A stretch of DNA of 63,237 nucleotides, the filler included, from Octopus bimaculoides (lineage: Eukaryota), in NCBI RefSeq assembly GCF_001194135.2. It is 4 parts of 4 records of this genome, joined end to end, with 100 filler letters (N's around TTAATTAATTAA, not from the genome) between each part and the next. Parts side by side here need not be neighbours in the genome. Positions count along the whole stretch, not along the records: positions 1 to 24,190 come from NC_068982.1; 3 more parts are not named here. One strand, written 5' to 3'. Positions within the stretch are counted from its first letter, which is position 1. Each line of letters begins with the position of its first letter. Below the pieces are notes generated by a model. That model was not told the DNA's origin and did not search any database. It was given only the letters and a program-made list of their open reading frames with translations. The translations under genes and the position numbers were made by a program. Shown piece after piece: positions 1 through 13,010 of this stretch.

Positions 1-1414
1 ATATATATATATATATATACATACATATATATAAAATATATATATACATATACACATATAAAATCGCGGGACATGTGTTTAGAAAAAAAGAATAAGAGAT
101 GAAATAGATACATATATACTGTAAATATATAAGTATATATTCATATTCAGAAACACACACATACACACACACATGCACACACATATACATATTTATATAT
201 GTATATATATATATATATAAATAAATACATACATATATATATCTGTATTCATATATATTTATGTATATATACTTATAAATGAATATATGTCTATGTTCAT
301 GTATATGTGTGTGCATGCGACATACCCGTCAAAAATGACGGTGCTTATGTTCACTTCATGCTTTCCTCCATTTTCTTGTGTTCTATTTTGTCTTTGAATC
401 ATTCTCATTCTTTTTCACCCCCACTCACTGTCCTTTAATCTCATGAGCCACTTGCACGCTTTATTATTTTTTCCTTCTCTATGAACACATTCACACAGAT
501 TTGTGCATTTAAGTGTGCATATATATATATATATATATANNNNNNNNNNNNNNNNNNNNNNNNNNNNNNNNNNNNNNNNNNNNNNNNNNNNNNNNNNNNN
601 NNNNNNNNNNNNNNNNNNNNNNNNNNNNNNNNNNNNNNNNNNNNNNNNNNNNNNNNNNNNNNNNNNNNNNNNNNNNNNNNNNNNNNNNNNNNNNNNNNNN
701 NNNNNNNNNNNNNNNNNNNNNNNNNNNNNNNNNNNNNNNNNNNNNNNNNNNNNNNNNNNNNNNNNNNNNNNNNNNNNNNNNNNNNNNNNNNNNNNNNNNN
801 NNNNNNNNNNNNNNNNNNNNNNNNNNNNNNNNNNNNNNNNNNNNNNNNNNNNNNNNNNNNNNNNNNNNNNNNNNNNNNNNNNNNNNNNNNNNNNNNNNNA
901 GGCTACACTTGGATTATCTGTTTTTCTAATATTACCATCATTATGATCATCACTACCATAATTTCTATCATCAACACAACACACACACACATCAACACAA
1001 CACACACATACATGCAAACACATATTCAACACTGTTCTATTCTGGTTTGAAATATTAGTTAGGAATATTTAATTTCTTTATCCTGTCTTTTGTACACATC
1101 TAGAACCTTCCCTTTATAATACTCTATCCAATATCTCTGCTGAATAAACTAGGCTGCATCCATTCCCTTTGGCTTTTGCCAAATATTGCCAAATATTGTT
1201 GAACGCTATACAATTATGAACCAAAAGCATAATCAAGCTAAAAGATGAAAGACTTTCATAAAACAGAAGCAATTTAGTTTCATTTGTGAACCTGGTAGTA
1301 TACCCTTTACAATACGTAACTTTCTAGTGAATATCTATGAAATATTATTAATATGCCCTAGCTTTGTCATTTCAACAATTACGTTATTTATGAGAACAGA
1401 GAAATGGCAGAAAG

Positions 1415-1545
1415 AGTCAAACGCTGAGCTGTGTATATCTTACAATAAGTGGTCTGCATTTTTTCAGAGCTCTAATCTCAATGGAATTAGATTCGCTTTT
1501 CAACTTTTCAGAATCGATAAAATATGTACCAGTAATTTATTTGGG
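1415..1545 (+). mobile_element. Degenerate SINE family B fragment
   Basis: Diverged match to the family B core (TTCTGAGTTCAAATT...TTTCATCCTTTC..GTCGATAAAATAAGTACCAGT) seen in many copies in this window. Confidence 0.5.
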
Positions 1546-1724
1546 TTTGTTAAATCAAATGTAGCCTCCTACACGCCTTTTGGCAATTTGAAGCATGGTG
1601 AATTAAGCTGGTTATGAATTCATAACCTAGTTTCTACTCATAATTGTAACCATTTTCTCTTTTTGATAAAACGCTATGGGTCAGATATGCTCATTTCTCC
1701 TCTTTTGAAATATAAGGTTTATAT

Positions 1725-1961
1725 CAGTGGCTCTCAACATGATCCTTGGGGGTCCATATAATATTTTGCAGTTAAAATTTATATGCAATAAATTGGTCAT
1801 ACTTCTACAATATAGAAAATATTTTACAATTTTTAAAAAATAAAATTCCAAATAATGTTTAACTATAAAAATATAGCAGGATATTTTTAAAAAATTGAAT
1901 CTACGCGACTAGAATTGGAATCAAAGGGGTCCATAGGGGAAAAAATGGTTGAGAACCACTA
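1725..1961. mobile_element. hAT (Charlie-type) non-autonomous MITE, 237 bp
   Basis: TIRs CAGTGGCTCTCAAC (1725) and GTTGAGAACCACTA (ends 1961); perfect 8-bp TSD GTTTATAT at 1717-1724 and 1962-1969 with central TA, as typical of hAT-Charlie elements. Confidence 0.85.
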
Positions 1962-2519
1962 GTTTATATGAATCTTACGAGCCACATTTTTCCGAATGCT
2001 CCTTTCCGTCATTATTTGGCAGAATTCTCTTACTCGCCATTATTCCATCAAATTCTCTACTCATCAACTAACATATTTCTGCACGCAACACTACAGTTAT
2101 GTAAACGTCCATATTTGCCACTCATTTGGCTTTCGATCCCACATGAACATATTCAGTTCAACTCATTAACAAAGTGTACCATCAGGTTATGTTGTTCTCC
2201 CTGACTAAGAAGAAAACATGCATTATCTAATGTGTCTTTAATTTTCTCAAGCCAGTAGGCTTGGCAGACATTTAACTGCTATTTCTATATAGTGACCATA
2301 TATATATATGGACGCTTATGGCTGCTGGCTCGTTCTCATTAAGTATATTAAGATTTAAGATTTAAATGTAAAATGTGTTATAATTCCCGATTAACTCTGT
2401 TTTAACAATCAGTAGTATATAAACAATGGTATATAATTTTTGATGAATCACAGGCAATAACTTTCTGGTCGAACTGAATAATTAGTGAAATATTCGGAGG
2501 GTTTGAAATAGAACTTGAA

Positions 2520-2960
2520 ACATAGCTTGTCTCAGTAGACTTGACCTTGTATTTAAGGGAGACTAACAAACAAATTCTGCTCCTACATGTTAGGCAATAC
2601 TACTGGTATAAATACAGACATCCTACCGTATCGAAAAACGCACCTCCTCGTGATTGATTAGCAGGAAGCTACTCACCAAAAAACTCTAATCTCTGACTCA
2701 CAGGAGTACCATCTTTTTGGCTTTTGTACTTCTACTACAATAGCTTCAGATGCTTTGAGCTGGCTCCTCTTGCACTATCTTTACATAGGCCCTCCATGTC
2801 AACTTCCCCGTCACTCATGCTGTACTCATTCAAAGATCCTACGTTAGCTATTTCGTCCAGGCTATTTTCTATAGTACGTCAGCTGTTTTGAAATTCCTCC
2901 CAGCTCATGTTTTTACTGTTATTACTTGCAACTGTTTTATCATCTCCCTGGTCTAGGCAG
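2520..2960 (+). mobile_element. Decayed CR1/L2/Jockey-group LINE, 3' end of ORF2
   Basis: Frameshifted translation FCSYMLG..., RIEKRTSS*LISRKLLTKKL*SLTHRS, LYFYYNSFRCFELAPL, STSAVLKFLPAHVF resembles the YCSHIW..RIQKKA.RLI...L.HRR..LFY.YY..CS.EL..RTS.LWNSLP..VFP C-terminus of these LINEs. Clade not resolved. Confidence 0.55.
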
Positions 2961-5274
2961 GCCTACGAAGGCTTTGGGCTTAAACTTTTACCTCCAAATT
3001 AATCCGAAGAACTTTACTTTCTTTTGTTATTTGGAGGTGGATATTTTGTATTAAAATATGTAGTCACTTAATAAGTTTCACAATATGGACTTTACGTTGC
3101 TCCATTCCAGGTTAATTCTTTGCTATTGTACAGAACGCAAAAACGAAAAACAATTCGCTGGGCTGTAACAATCATATCTCCGATTTAAGAAATGTTGATC
3201 ATCGTCAAACATCCATTTTGTCCACCTCAGATCCATAGCACTGTTCATCTAGGATGAATAAAGATTACTCAGCAAAAATACTATTGGTTAAACATGTTAT
3301 TTAATGATGTTGGGTGACTAAGTAAAACAATAAGACAGCTACCAAATCACGTTGTTTCAAAGCTAGCAAGAATTACAAACTAGCAAGCGCGCTTGGTTTG
3401 ATTGTTTGCTTATTTGGATGTGTGTGCGCATCCGATAGAACAAAATCCAAGGAAGACTGATGTTGGTCTGCATCGGCAAAAGCTAATATTCGGAATCATT
3501 TTTGTTGTTTCATATATATATATATATAAATATATATATNNNNNNNNNNNNNNNNATATATGAAACAACATATATATATACCCACAACCACATAATTGAT
3601 GACAAAGTACTTCAAATGTTTATTAAAATTATTTTTCCTTTTTCGTGTGTTTGTTTGCTTAACACATTGAAAAGTTACTAACCTCTCTATTTACCTTATA
3701 ATTATTTTAGCGCTCGATTTAAAATATTTATCCTGTTTACGCATTAATTCCACTCCCTTTTACATACATTTACATACATTGGTACATAGATAAATAAATA
3801 TACACGTACATGCAAACATACGTATGTAAATCTATATACATAATTCAATAGCAAGTAACACAGAAGATTTAAGTATACAAGTATAAATACGTATAACTTT
3901 TAAATGAATAGCTCCCAGATTTGCAATACAACACGCTGACACATACATACAAAACAGGTATAAACATACATAACAACCTCACATGTATACAACAGCCACA
4001 CACAGTTACACTGTCACGGCTTCCATAATTACTAAAGAACATAAAAAGAAATCTTAGTAACTAACCGTAGAAAGCTAACCTGTAGAGGCTCAACCTTAAA
4101 ATGGCGGGGTTGAGGTAAAACTATATTGTTATCATAATATATGCTAAAGAGGCCGGGTAAATATTGAACGAGTAGCTGTCGGGTAGACATCAAAGATCAA
4201 GTTGGTGGGAAAGTAGGTTGGAACAGTCTGTGTGTGTGTGTGTGCGTGTGTGTGTGTGTGTGGTGGGGATATATGGCTTTAGAAGAACCAACCATTCAGC
4301 TTAGCGTAGATAAACCAGCCAACAGGCTGCGATGTGTTGCTTCGTGGGGGGAAAACCCTGTCAATATTTATTTATTTTACATATACAAACACATACGTGT
4401 AGAAAAGCTTACGTCTACACAACAATAGGCTGTGTGTGCATACTTAAGACAGATGTTGGTTTCTATGAGTATGTACGTGTAGATTGTAAGTGCGTTAGTG
4501 TGTGAGTGCATGTGTGGGTGTATTCAGGCGTGTACTTTTGAATGTTTGTGCGTGTGTGTGTGTTTCTGTCTCTGTGTGTGTGAGTAAGTGTGTATGCGTG
4601 CGGTCGTGATCACGAAAGTTACTTTCGGATAGTGCCGTATGCACAGGTGAAGTAAATACCAGCTATAGCTAGTCAATGAATTAACCTTTAGTTTTATTAA
4701 GATTTATTTATATCCCAGTACTTTGATATTTTTATGCTTATAAAAGTTTATTGTATTTCCTCAATTTAGTCTTAACATTACCAAATTAATGTATATTTAA
4801 AAATTTCCTTTATTATCTCCCCTTTATTTTCGCCTTATATTTCCGTCAGAGAAAGATGTAAAGACATAAAGTCATAGAAATACACATTGAGAGGGCAAAC
4901 TGTGTGCTAGAGAGTGAAATGAAGAGAGTAGGATAAGAAAAATCTAGAGGGATATCCCTGAATCTCTTATTGTCAAGAAGTGTACAACTGTTATAAGGGC
5001 TGAAATAGAACCCTGTAGTCACAAAGTTTAAAAAAATATATATGTTCTTATTATTCGTTACAAAGTCCCATTTTACAAGAAATAGCATTGAATCGAAATG
5101 TATTTGGATAGAAGGCAGTGCAAGTTAAATTTTTATCAGGTAGTTGTGGCGTTGTTCAGATATCGACAATTAAAAGCTGTCATCAGAATGCGACATTTAT
5201 ATACTAAGATAGAGGGAAACCGTGTACAGTTGCTACTTTCCAGTTTTCATTGCTTGTAATTAAAAACAAAACTG

Positions 5275-5425
5275 GAAGGTAAATCTCCAGTAAGTGTAAC
5301 CTTACCGTCTTGAAAAGGAAAGGGCACATTGGCCAACGTAGTTTTGATATACTCTAAGGAAAGGTGCATGGCCACGACTAGACACTCAGGGTTGACCCGG
5401 AACTAAATGGTTTAACAATAACCAC
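5275..5425 (+). mobile_element. Interspersed repeat family D (SINE-like, CAA tail), degenerate
   Basis: Shares AAATCTCC..CCTACCGTCTT.AAAAGG..CACATTGG..GGGTTGACC.GG..CTAAA.AACAA with copies at 17215, 28130, 38700 and 60670. Confidence 0.55.
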
Positions 5426-6239
5426 AGTATCAATAACAGCAAATCTATACATATTTAAAAATAAATGAATTAAATTTTAGTCGTGTTCTAAATTAATGTA
5501 ACTGCGAGTTTGACTTCTATAATTAAGATTCATGCAAAGCAACGTTAAAACTCTTATTCTTATAGGGAATTTAAGTGCTGTTCACCCTATTTGTAAAATA
5601 CGCACACATGTGTGTGTGTGTTTGTGTTTGTGTATGTGTGAGTTTGAGTTGTGCACGCGCGTGTGTGTATGCTTGTGTGCGTGTCTAGTTTCATCTGTAT
5701 TGATTTCATTAATGGGCACATCTCGGATTTACAAGCCAGAAAAGAATTATATCACATAACGTTCGTAATGACATTAGTGGTGTAACGATATAAGGAAGCG
5801 AAATGAATAAAACGAGCTGCATACTGGAAGCCTACCTCTTACAGCTCTTGCCTCAATGTGAACTGATACAAATTTTATGGTGAGAGAGAGGGTAGGATGT
5901 GTATTTATTATTCAGCAGCATATGCATCGTTAAAATGTGAACTGAATTGGGTTAATTTTTTAATAGGTATAATGGGCTTACAATTTTTTAAGAACGGGAA
6001 ATCGTTATTAGATTCGTTAAGTGAAATGAAATAGTTCTAACCGGACATTAAAAACATACCACGGTTTAGATCTGCCGGAAAATTACTTGGGTTAAGTAAC
6101 ATCCTACTGTCTTTAAACTGGAAGGATACAATGCAATTTTGAAAAAAAAGGACGGAATGTTCACGGCTCTAATGATAAGTTTATTATTTTCTTTCTTTTT
6201 TTTTTTGTTTTTCAAAATGCCACAGTAAATAATAGTTTC

Positions 6240-6335
6240 AAATTTTGGCACAAGCCCAGTAATTTCGGAGTGGTGGGGGTGTAAAGATGGACGAAATGCC
6301 GCTAAGCATACTAACGATTCTGCCAGTTCACCACT
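6240..6335 (-). mobile_element. SINE family B, internally deleted copy
   Basis: TTTTGGCACAAG.CCAG tail joined directly to the GACGAAATGCCGCTAAGCA..CTAACGATTCTGCCAG head. Confidence 0.7.
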
Positions 6336-6340
6336 TTATA

Positions 6341-6403
<63 letters not shown>

Positions 6404-6812
6404 TCAGTGCAAATAGGAAGCCAGACATAGTCTTAATTGAGAAAGAAAACAAACTATGCTGGATCATAGATATAACATGCCCAGCTGACAAGAAGGTATA
6501 CGATAAGGAAGAAAGAAAAGTTGAGAGATATGACAGGTTAGCTTGGGAAGTTAAACAGTTGTGGTCGATGAAAAAGGTAGCAGTAGTACCAATAATTGTC
6601 GGAGCCCTGGGAACAGTGAGCAAAAATCTCGAGAAGTACGTGGAACAAATAGGGGTTGCAATAACGGTGGCGCACTTGCAGAAAACAGCACTACCTGGAA
6701 CCGCTCGAATACTCCGGAAGGTGCTCGAAAAATATGAGGTGTTACCTTAGTTCACGGGAAGTGAACAGTTGACACTGTAGTACATCTCCAGCGTTAGAAG
6801 TTGTGCAAAGGC
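6404..6812 (+). mobile_element. 5'-truncated R4/Dong-like non-LTR retrotransposon (REL endonuclease C-terminus plus 3'UTR)
   Basis: Open frame NRKPDIVLIEKENKLCWIIDITCPADKKVYDKEERKVERYDRLAWEVKQLWSMKKVAVVPIIVGALGTVSK...LQKTALPGTARILRKVL* (stop 6750) carries PD..D..K-Y and PIIVGALG motifs; begins directly after (AAT)n and ends in an (ACA)/(AAT) tract. Confidence 0.85.
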
Positions 6813-6847
6813 AATGATAACAACAACAACAACAACAACAATAATAA

Positions 6848-7055
6848 CCCTTTCTACTAAAGGCACAAGGCCTGAAATTTTGAGGGAGGGAGCTAGTCGA
6901 TTGCATCGACCTCAGTATTCAACTCTAGTACTTAATTTGTCGACCCGAAAAGAGGGAAGGCAAAGTCGACCTCGGCAGAATTTGAACTCAGAACGTAGAG
7001 ACCAACGAAATACAGCTAAGCATTTTGCACGTCGTGCTAACGATTCTGTCAGCCT
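6848..7055 (-). mobile_element. SINE family B, near full length
   Basis: Reverse complement reads CTGACAGAATCGTTAGCACG..GCAAAATGCTTAGC..CGTTCTGAGTTCAAATTCTGCCGAGGTCGACTTTGCC..GTCGAC..AGTACTAG..CAGGCCTTGTGCC..AGTAGAAAGG. Confidence 0.85.
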
Positions 7056-8897
7056 GTATCTATTTAATAATTTAAATATTTGCAGACGTATTGTTTTTGC
7101 ATCACGTACTTCATCTGTGAATCGCGAGAAAATTTGCATTAACTTTTACAGTTCAGGCTGGTAAAAAATGTGCAAAAGATTCAGTTTAGATTGTGTCGTT
7201 TCGTTTCCAGAAACAAGAGGAGTGGTGTTAAATATGAAAATTGTCTTAGAAAAAATCCCTAATAATTCCAATAATCTTAATAAGTGTGTCAAATAAAGTC
7301 TTCACCGGGAACGAGTATTTTTTAAAGGACACTGTTGTTCTAACTCGAGTGGGTGGTACTATAATAGTTTCTTCGAATGGTATCATTTGATGATTCAGTG
7401 TTAAAGAACTTTATCAGATAGCCTTTATGTATTGCTACCCACGTTTTTTTTCTTTTCTTTCTTTTCTAGTCGTTACTTGTATCAAATTGTACATTGTAGC
7501 TATACAAGTAATTCCGGCTTTCTACTCAATGTAGGTTGTCACACGATTTATAGTTTACTGGTGGTGAAATATTGAATGAAACTATAAAGAAGTTCAATAT
7601 TTAGTATCCATTATTCGTTATCTGGGTCTTTAACATAGAAAAGTCAATTTCAGTTTGCAATGAAAACATGAAAATACTGAAAATAAATTTACCTATTCTT
7701 GATTTCAACTCAATTTATAATTTTTAATTATTCTTGCCCCTCTCAAAACTGGATTTTCTCATAACTCGAAATTCCATTCTCAAAATTCATGGTTATTTTA
7801 ATAAACGTTTTTAACGTCACTTTGCTTCACAGTAAAAGTAATATGGCCGATTATTTATGAATGAGTAAATGAATAGACTGAATAGAATGAATAAGTTATT
7901 TAGAAATAAAGACAAAAAAGAAAAAAACCGACAACCAAAAGTAAAGAAATGCTATAAGGGTATAATTATAAACCAAACAAGAGAACACAAAATTGAGACC
8001 ACGCGGTCAAATCTTTTTTTGGCAGAAAAAAAAGAAAGAAAAGTAGATTTAAGAAATGTAAGTAAACGAAAATGAGAAAGGAACGGCTCATGGACATAGA
8101 CAAAAGGAAACCTTAAAGATTTGTACTGTCACCATCACCACTATCATGGCGACGATAATGATGACGACGACGACAAAGACGGCAGCGACCAGCACCACCT
8201 CAACAACACCAACGACATCTATATTGCGCCACTGACAACCGCTGCGAAGTTTATTCTCTGTTATTCGCCAGTCGACACGTGACAACAGCTTTTTGGGTGA
8301 TTTGCCACGTCGCGTAAGATGCTGATTAGGCCATACGGGTATTGTCCGAATTGAAGATGGCGTTGAAATGTTCATGGACAGTCGCTAGTATGAATCTTTG
8401 AGCAGTAAAATACAGAATTCTTCTAAATGAGGGCCTCATTAATAAAGCTACTAACTTTCGGAGTGTGCCAATTTGGCATTTTCGTTTATATAGGAGCAGC
8501 TCCTGAATACAAAACGTTTTCATAACCATTATTCTGTAGTCTTTCAAACCATTTGCCTCCATCCATCCATCCATCCATCCATCCATCCATCCATCCATCC
8601 ATCCATTATATATGCACACATGTTTATATATATATTCATAAATATGTGTGTGTGCGTATGTGTAATGCATATATGTATTTTAAAAGTATGTAATGTATGT
8701 ATCCAACTTTCGAAACGCATGCACTACTTCTTCATGGACGCAAGTATCGCTGCTAGGGCTAAGAAGCTCGGTTTGGAAACAAGTAGTTCTAGTTCGATCT
8801 TACTGTGTGACACTTTGGACAAGTGTTTTATAATATAGCCTACATTTAACCACAACCGTTTGAGTGGAATTTGGTAGACATAAACTGTACAGAAATC

Positions 8898-8940
<43 letters not shown>

Positions 8941-9377
8941 TGAATACATACACGACTCGCATAATTTTATGTATATTCATTCTCGTCTGGTCTTTCTATG
9001 TTCCGCAGAAAGAACTGGCAATCGAATTGAAATTTATTGTCAAGAGGAGATACTTGCTCATAAATATACACAATAGAAATATAATTCTAGAATTTCAAAT
9101 TTTAGAATTGAATTTCAATGCTTTCAGCCAAAATTAAAAAAAAAAATTTAATCACAATACTAGCACAAATCCACACAATTATGAGGAGAATGTAGATTAT
9201 ATCGGACCAATAATTAACTGCTATTATTTCAGTAACTCTGACAGGATAAAAATGCAGAGCTGACATCGACGCGGTTTGGAGTCAGTTAGTAAAGAGACGT
9301 TACATAATACAAGGTATTTTGTCCGTCACTTTATTGTTTTAATCATCGAGCACCATTCTTATATGATAATATTAGTT

Positions 9378-9840
9378 TCAATTTTTGGCTCAAGGCCAGC
9401 AATTTTAGGGGAGAGTGAAAGTTGATTACATCGACTCCAGTACTCAACTGGTACTTATTTTATCGCCCACGGTTGCTCACCATCGGAACCAAAAGCTTCG
9501 AAGCCACCAGAAAAGAAAAGGAAGAAATCAAACGACACGAGAGAAAGGCTCGACAGAATCAACCTCATCTTTGGCCAACATTACCACGCAGTCAGTGCCA
9601 TCAACTCTTCTATGCAAGAATTGGTTTACTTAGTCACCAACGCCATCACCACAATGGAAGTGTTCGGCAAAGAAGAAACTAGATTCTCGGATACGAGATA
9701 AAGCCGATAACATATTTTATCGACCGCGAAAGGATGAAAGGTAAAGTCGACTACGGTGGCATTTGAACTCAGAACGTAAAGACACGAAAAATGCCGCTAA
9801 GCGTTTTACTCGGCGCGGTAACAATTCTGCCAGTTCATTG
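9378..9840 (-). mobile_element. SINE family B interrupted by an RTE fragment
   Basis: 3' half at 9378-9468 and 5' half at 9713-9840 join to a complete family B copy once 9469-9712 is removed. Confidence 0.8.
9469..9712 (+). mobile_element. RTE (BovB-like) LINE 3' fragment with C-terminal C2H2-like motif
   Basis: GTKSFEATRKEKEEIKRHERKAR...SQCHQLFYARIGLLSHQRHH* matches the RTE C-terminal C..C.R.F.ARIGL.SH.R.H motif; flanked by 13-bp direct repeats TATTTTATCG(C/A)CC at 9456-9468 and 9713-9725. Confidence 0.8.
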
Positions 9841-10221
9841 ATTTTCTGTCATAAGTCAGTCCTTTTCTATAATTTCTTTCAATGTTGTATTGCACGTCGA
9901 TGGTGGTTACAACGTGTGGTGATGTTGGTGATGATGATAACAATGGCCGAGGTGGTAGTGTTGTTGTTGATAGTGAGAACGATGCTGTTGATAGAGGTAA
10001 TGTTGATGAGGGTGATGATAGAGTTGGTGGTGACAATGTTAAATAGTAGTGCTAATGGGGGTGAGGATTACGGTGGTGATGCTGGTTGTGGTTATGGTGT
10101 ATGCTGATAATGGTAGTGGTGCTTCTCCGGGAGGCATTTAAGATAATGATGTTGATGCTGGAGGTAATAGTAGTAGCTTAGGTATGAATAATGGCATCAA
10201 CGTGATGGTGGAAGTGGGTGG

Positions 10222-10290
10222 TGGAGTTGGATGGTGGATGTGGTGGAGTTGGATGGTGGATGTGGTGGAGTTGGATGGTGGATGTGGTGG
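10222..10290. repeat. 22-bp GT-rich minisatellite, about 3 copies, next to a gap
   Basis: Unit TGGTGGAGTTGGATGGTGGATG repeated. Confidence 0.8.
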
Positions 10291-11228
10291 AGGTGGGTGG
10301 TAGAAGTGGGAGGTGGTGGACGTGGTAGTGGAGGTGATGGCGATGGTGTCGATGATAAGGTGTTNNNNNNNNNNNNNNNNNNNNNNNNNNNNNNNNNNNN
10401 NNNNNNNNNNNNNNNNNNNNNNNNNNNNNNNNNNNNNNNNNNNNNNNNNNNNNNNNNNNNNNNNNNNNNNNNNNNNNNNNNNNNNNNNNNNNNNNNNNNN
10501 NNNNNNNNNNNNNNNNNNNNNNNNNNNNNNNNNNNNNNNNNNNNNNNNNNNNNNNNNNNNNNNNNNNNNNNNNNNNNNNNNNNNNNNNNNNNNNNNNNNN
10601 NNNNNNNNNNNNNNNNNNNNNNNNNNNNNNNNNNNNNNNNNNNNNNNNNNNNNNNNNNNNNNNNNNNNNNNNNNNNNNNNNNNNNNNNNNNNNNNNNNNN
10701 NNNNNNNNNNNNNNNNNNNNNNNNNNNNNNNNNNNNNNNNNNNNNNNNNNNNNNNNNNNNNNNNNNNNNNNNNNNNNNNNNNNNNNNNNNNNNNNNNNNN
10801 NNNNNNNNNNNNNNNNNNNNNNNNNNNNNNNNNNNNNNNNNNNNNNNNNNNNNNNNNNNNNNNNNNNNNNNNNNNNNNNNNNNNNNNNNNNNNNNNNNNN
10901 NNNNNNNNNNNNNNNNNNNNNNNNNCACACATTTGCACGTACCTCCATATCAACACAACGTTCACACTTCTACGACGACGAAGACGACCACCGCCACTAC
11001 GACCAAAACCACCACTACCACCATCACTACAACGACTATCACCGCAGCCACCGCAACCACGGCAGCCACCGCCAACACTGTCATCTCCATCACCATCACG
11101 ATAACGCAACTACTCCTATGGCAAGTACACACTAGAGAGAACATCAACATGGTCAGTCGACCTGCACAAATTAGCAGCTAAATTTCGCTTAAGCTTACTC
11201 CTTATAGCACAAAGTATATTAAAAGCAC

Positions 11229-11260
<32 letters not shown>

Positions 11261-12375
11261 GTAAAATATTACAAAATGGAAAATAAAAAGGTATGCCAGT
11301 AAAGACAAGATGGTTCCAGCCGAAACATTAGCACTTTCTCCAGCACCAATGCGCCTTCTATAATTACCTACTCTCCACTGAAATTCCTGCTCCCAANNNN
11401 NNNNNNNNNNNNNNNNNNNNNNNNNNNNNNNNNNNNNNNNNNNNNNNNNNNNNNNNNNNNNNNNNNNNNNNNNNNNNNNNNNNNNNNNNNNNNNNNNNNN
11501 NNNNNNNNNNNNNNNNNNNNNNNNNNNNNNNNNNNNNNNNNNNNNNNNNNNNNNNNNNNNNNNNNNNNNNNNNNNNNNNNNNNNNNNNNNNNNNNNNNNN
11601 NNNNNNNNNNNNNNNNNNNNNNNNNNNNNNNNNNNNNNNNNNNNNNNNNNNNNNNNNNNNNNNNNNNNNNNNNNNNNNNNNNNNNNNNNNNNNNNNNNNN
11701 NNNNNNNNNNNNNNNNNNNNNNNNNNNNNNNNNNNNNNNNNNNNNNNNNNNNNNNNNNNNNNNNNNNNNNNNNNNNNNNNNNNNNNNNNNNNNNNNNNNN
11801 NNNNNNNNNNNNNNNNNNNNNNNNNNNNNNNNNNNNNNNNNNNNNNNNNNNNNNNNNNNNNNNNNNNNNNNNNNNNNNNNNNNNNNNNNNNNNNNNNNNN
11901 NNNNNNNNNNNNNNNNNNNNNNNNNNNNNNNNNNNNNNNNNNNNNNNNNNNNNNNNNNNNNNNNNNNNNNNNNNNNNNNNNNNNNNNNNNNNNNNNNNNN
12001 NNNNNNNNNNNNNNNNNNNNNNNNNNNNNNNNNNNNNNNNNNNNNNNNNNNNNNNNNNNNNNNNNNNNNNNNNNNNNNNNNNNNNNNNNNNNNNNNNNNN
12101 NNNNNNNNNNNNNNNNNNNNNNNNNNNNNNNNNNNNNNNNNNNNNNNNNNNNNNNNNNNNNNNNNNNNNNNNNNNNNNNNNNNNNNNNNNNNNNNNNNNN
12201 NNNNNNNNNNNNNNNNNNNNNNNNNNNNNNNNNNNNNNNNNNNNNNNNNNNNNNNNNNNNNNNNNNNNNNNNNNNNNNNNNNNNNNNNNNNNNNNNNNNN
12301 NNNNNNNNNNNNNNNNNNNNNNNNNNNNNNNNNNNNNNNNNNNNNNNNNNNNNNNNNNNNNNNNNNNNNNNNNNN

Positions 12376-12421
<46 letters not shown>

Positions 12422-12732
12422 GAGTTTGTCTGTAAGAATGAAGTAAGAAAAATGGCGAAAAAAAAAGAATGAAATCAAAATTTGAAAACTACAGAACAAG
12501 AATAACAAAAACGAAAACAACAACATTATAAGGAAGACAAGATTCTTATGAAAGCAAAGGGATTTTGAAGAAAAAAAGTAGTAAAAGTTGAAGATTTGTC
12601 GCCCATGTCTACAAATTTACTCCCCGAAGTATTAATAAAGAGTATTGTATTATAATATCTATAGAAGAAAACTGTAAGCGGGTTGATGCAGCAGCAGTAA
12701 CATCACCATCACCAACAACAATGATAATAATG

Positions 12733-12943
12733 ATTTCAAATTTTGGCACAAGGCCAGCAAGCTCGGGGAGGGGATTAGTCGATTACATCAACCCCCAGTA
12801 CTCAATTGTTAGTTATTTTATCGGCCGCGAAAGGATGAAAGACAAATTCGACCTCGGCGGAATTTGAACTCAGATCGTGAAGACGGACAAAATGCCGCTA
12901 AGCATTTTGCCCGGCGTGCTAACGATTCTGATAGCTCGCCACC
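12733..12943 (-). mobile_element. SINE family B, full length
   Basis: Full match including head GGTGGCGAGCT..AGAATCGTTAGCACGCCGGGCAAAATGCTTAGCGGC on the minus strand. Confidence 0.9.
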
Positions 12944-12960
12944 TTAATAATAATGATAAC

Positions 12961-12992
<32 letters not shown>

Positions 12993-13010
12993 TAATAATA
13001 ATAATAATAA

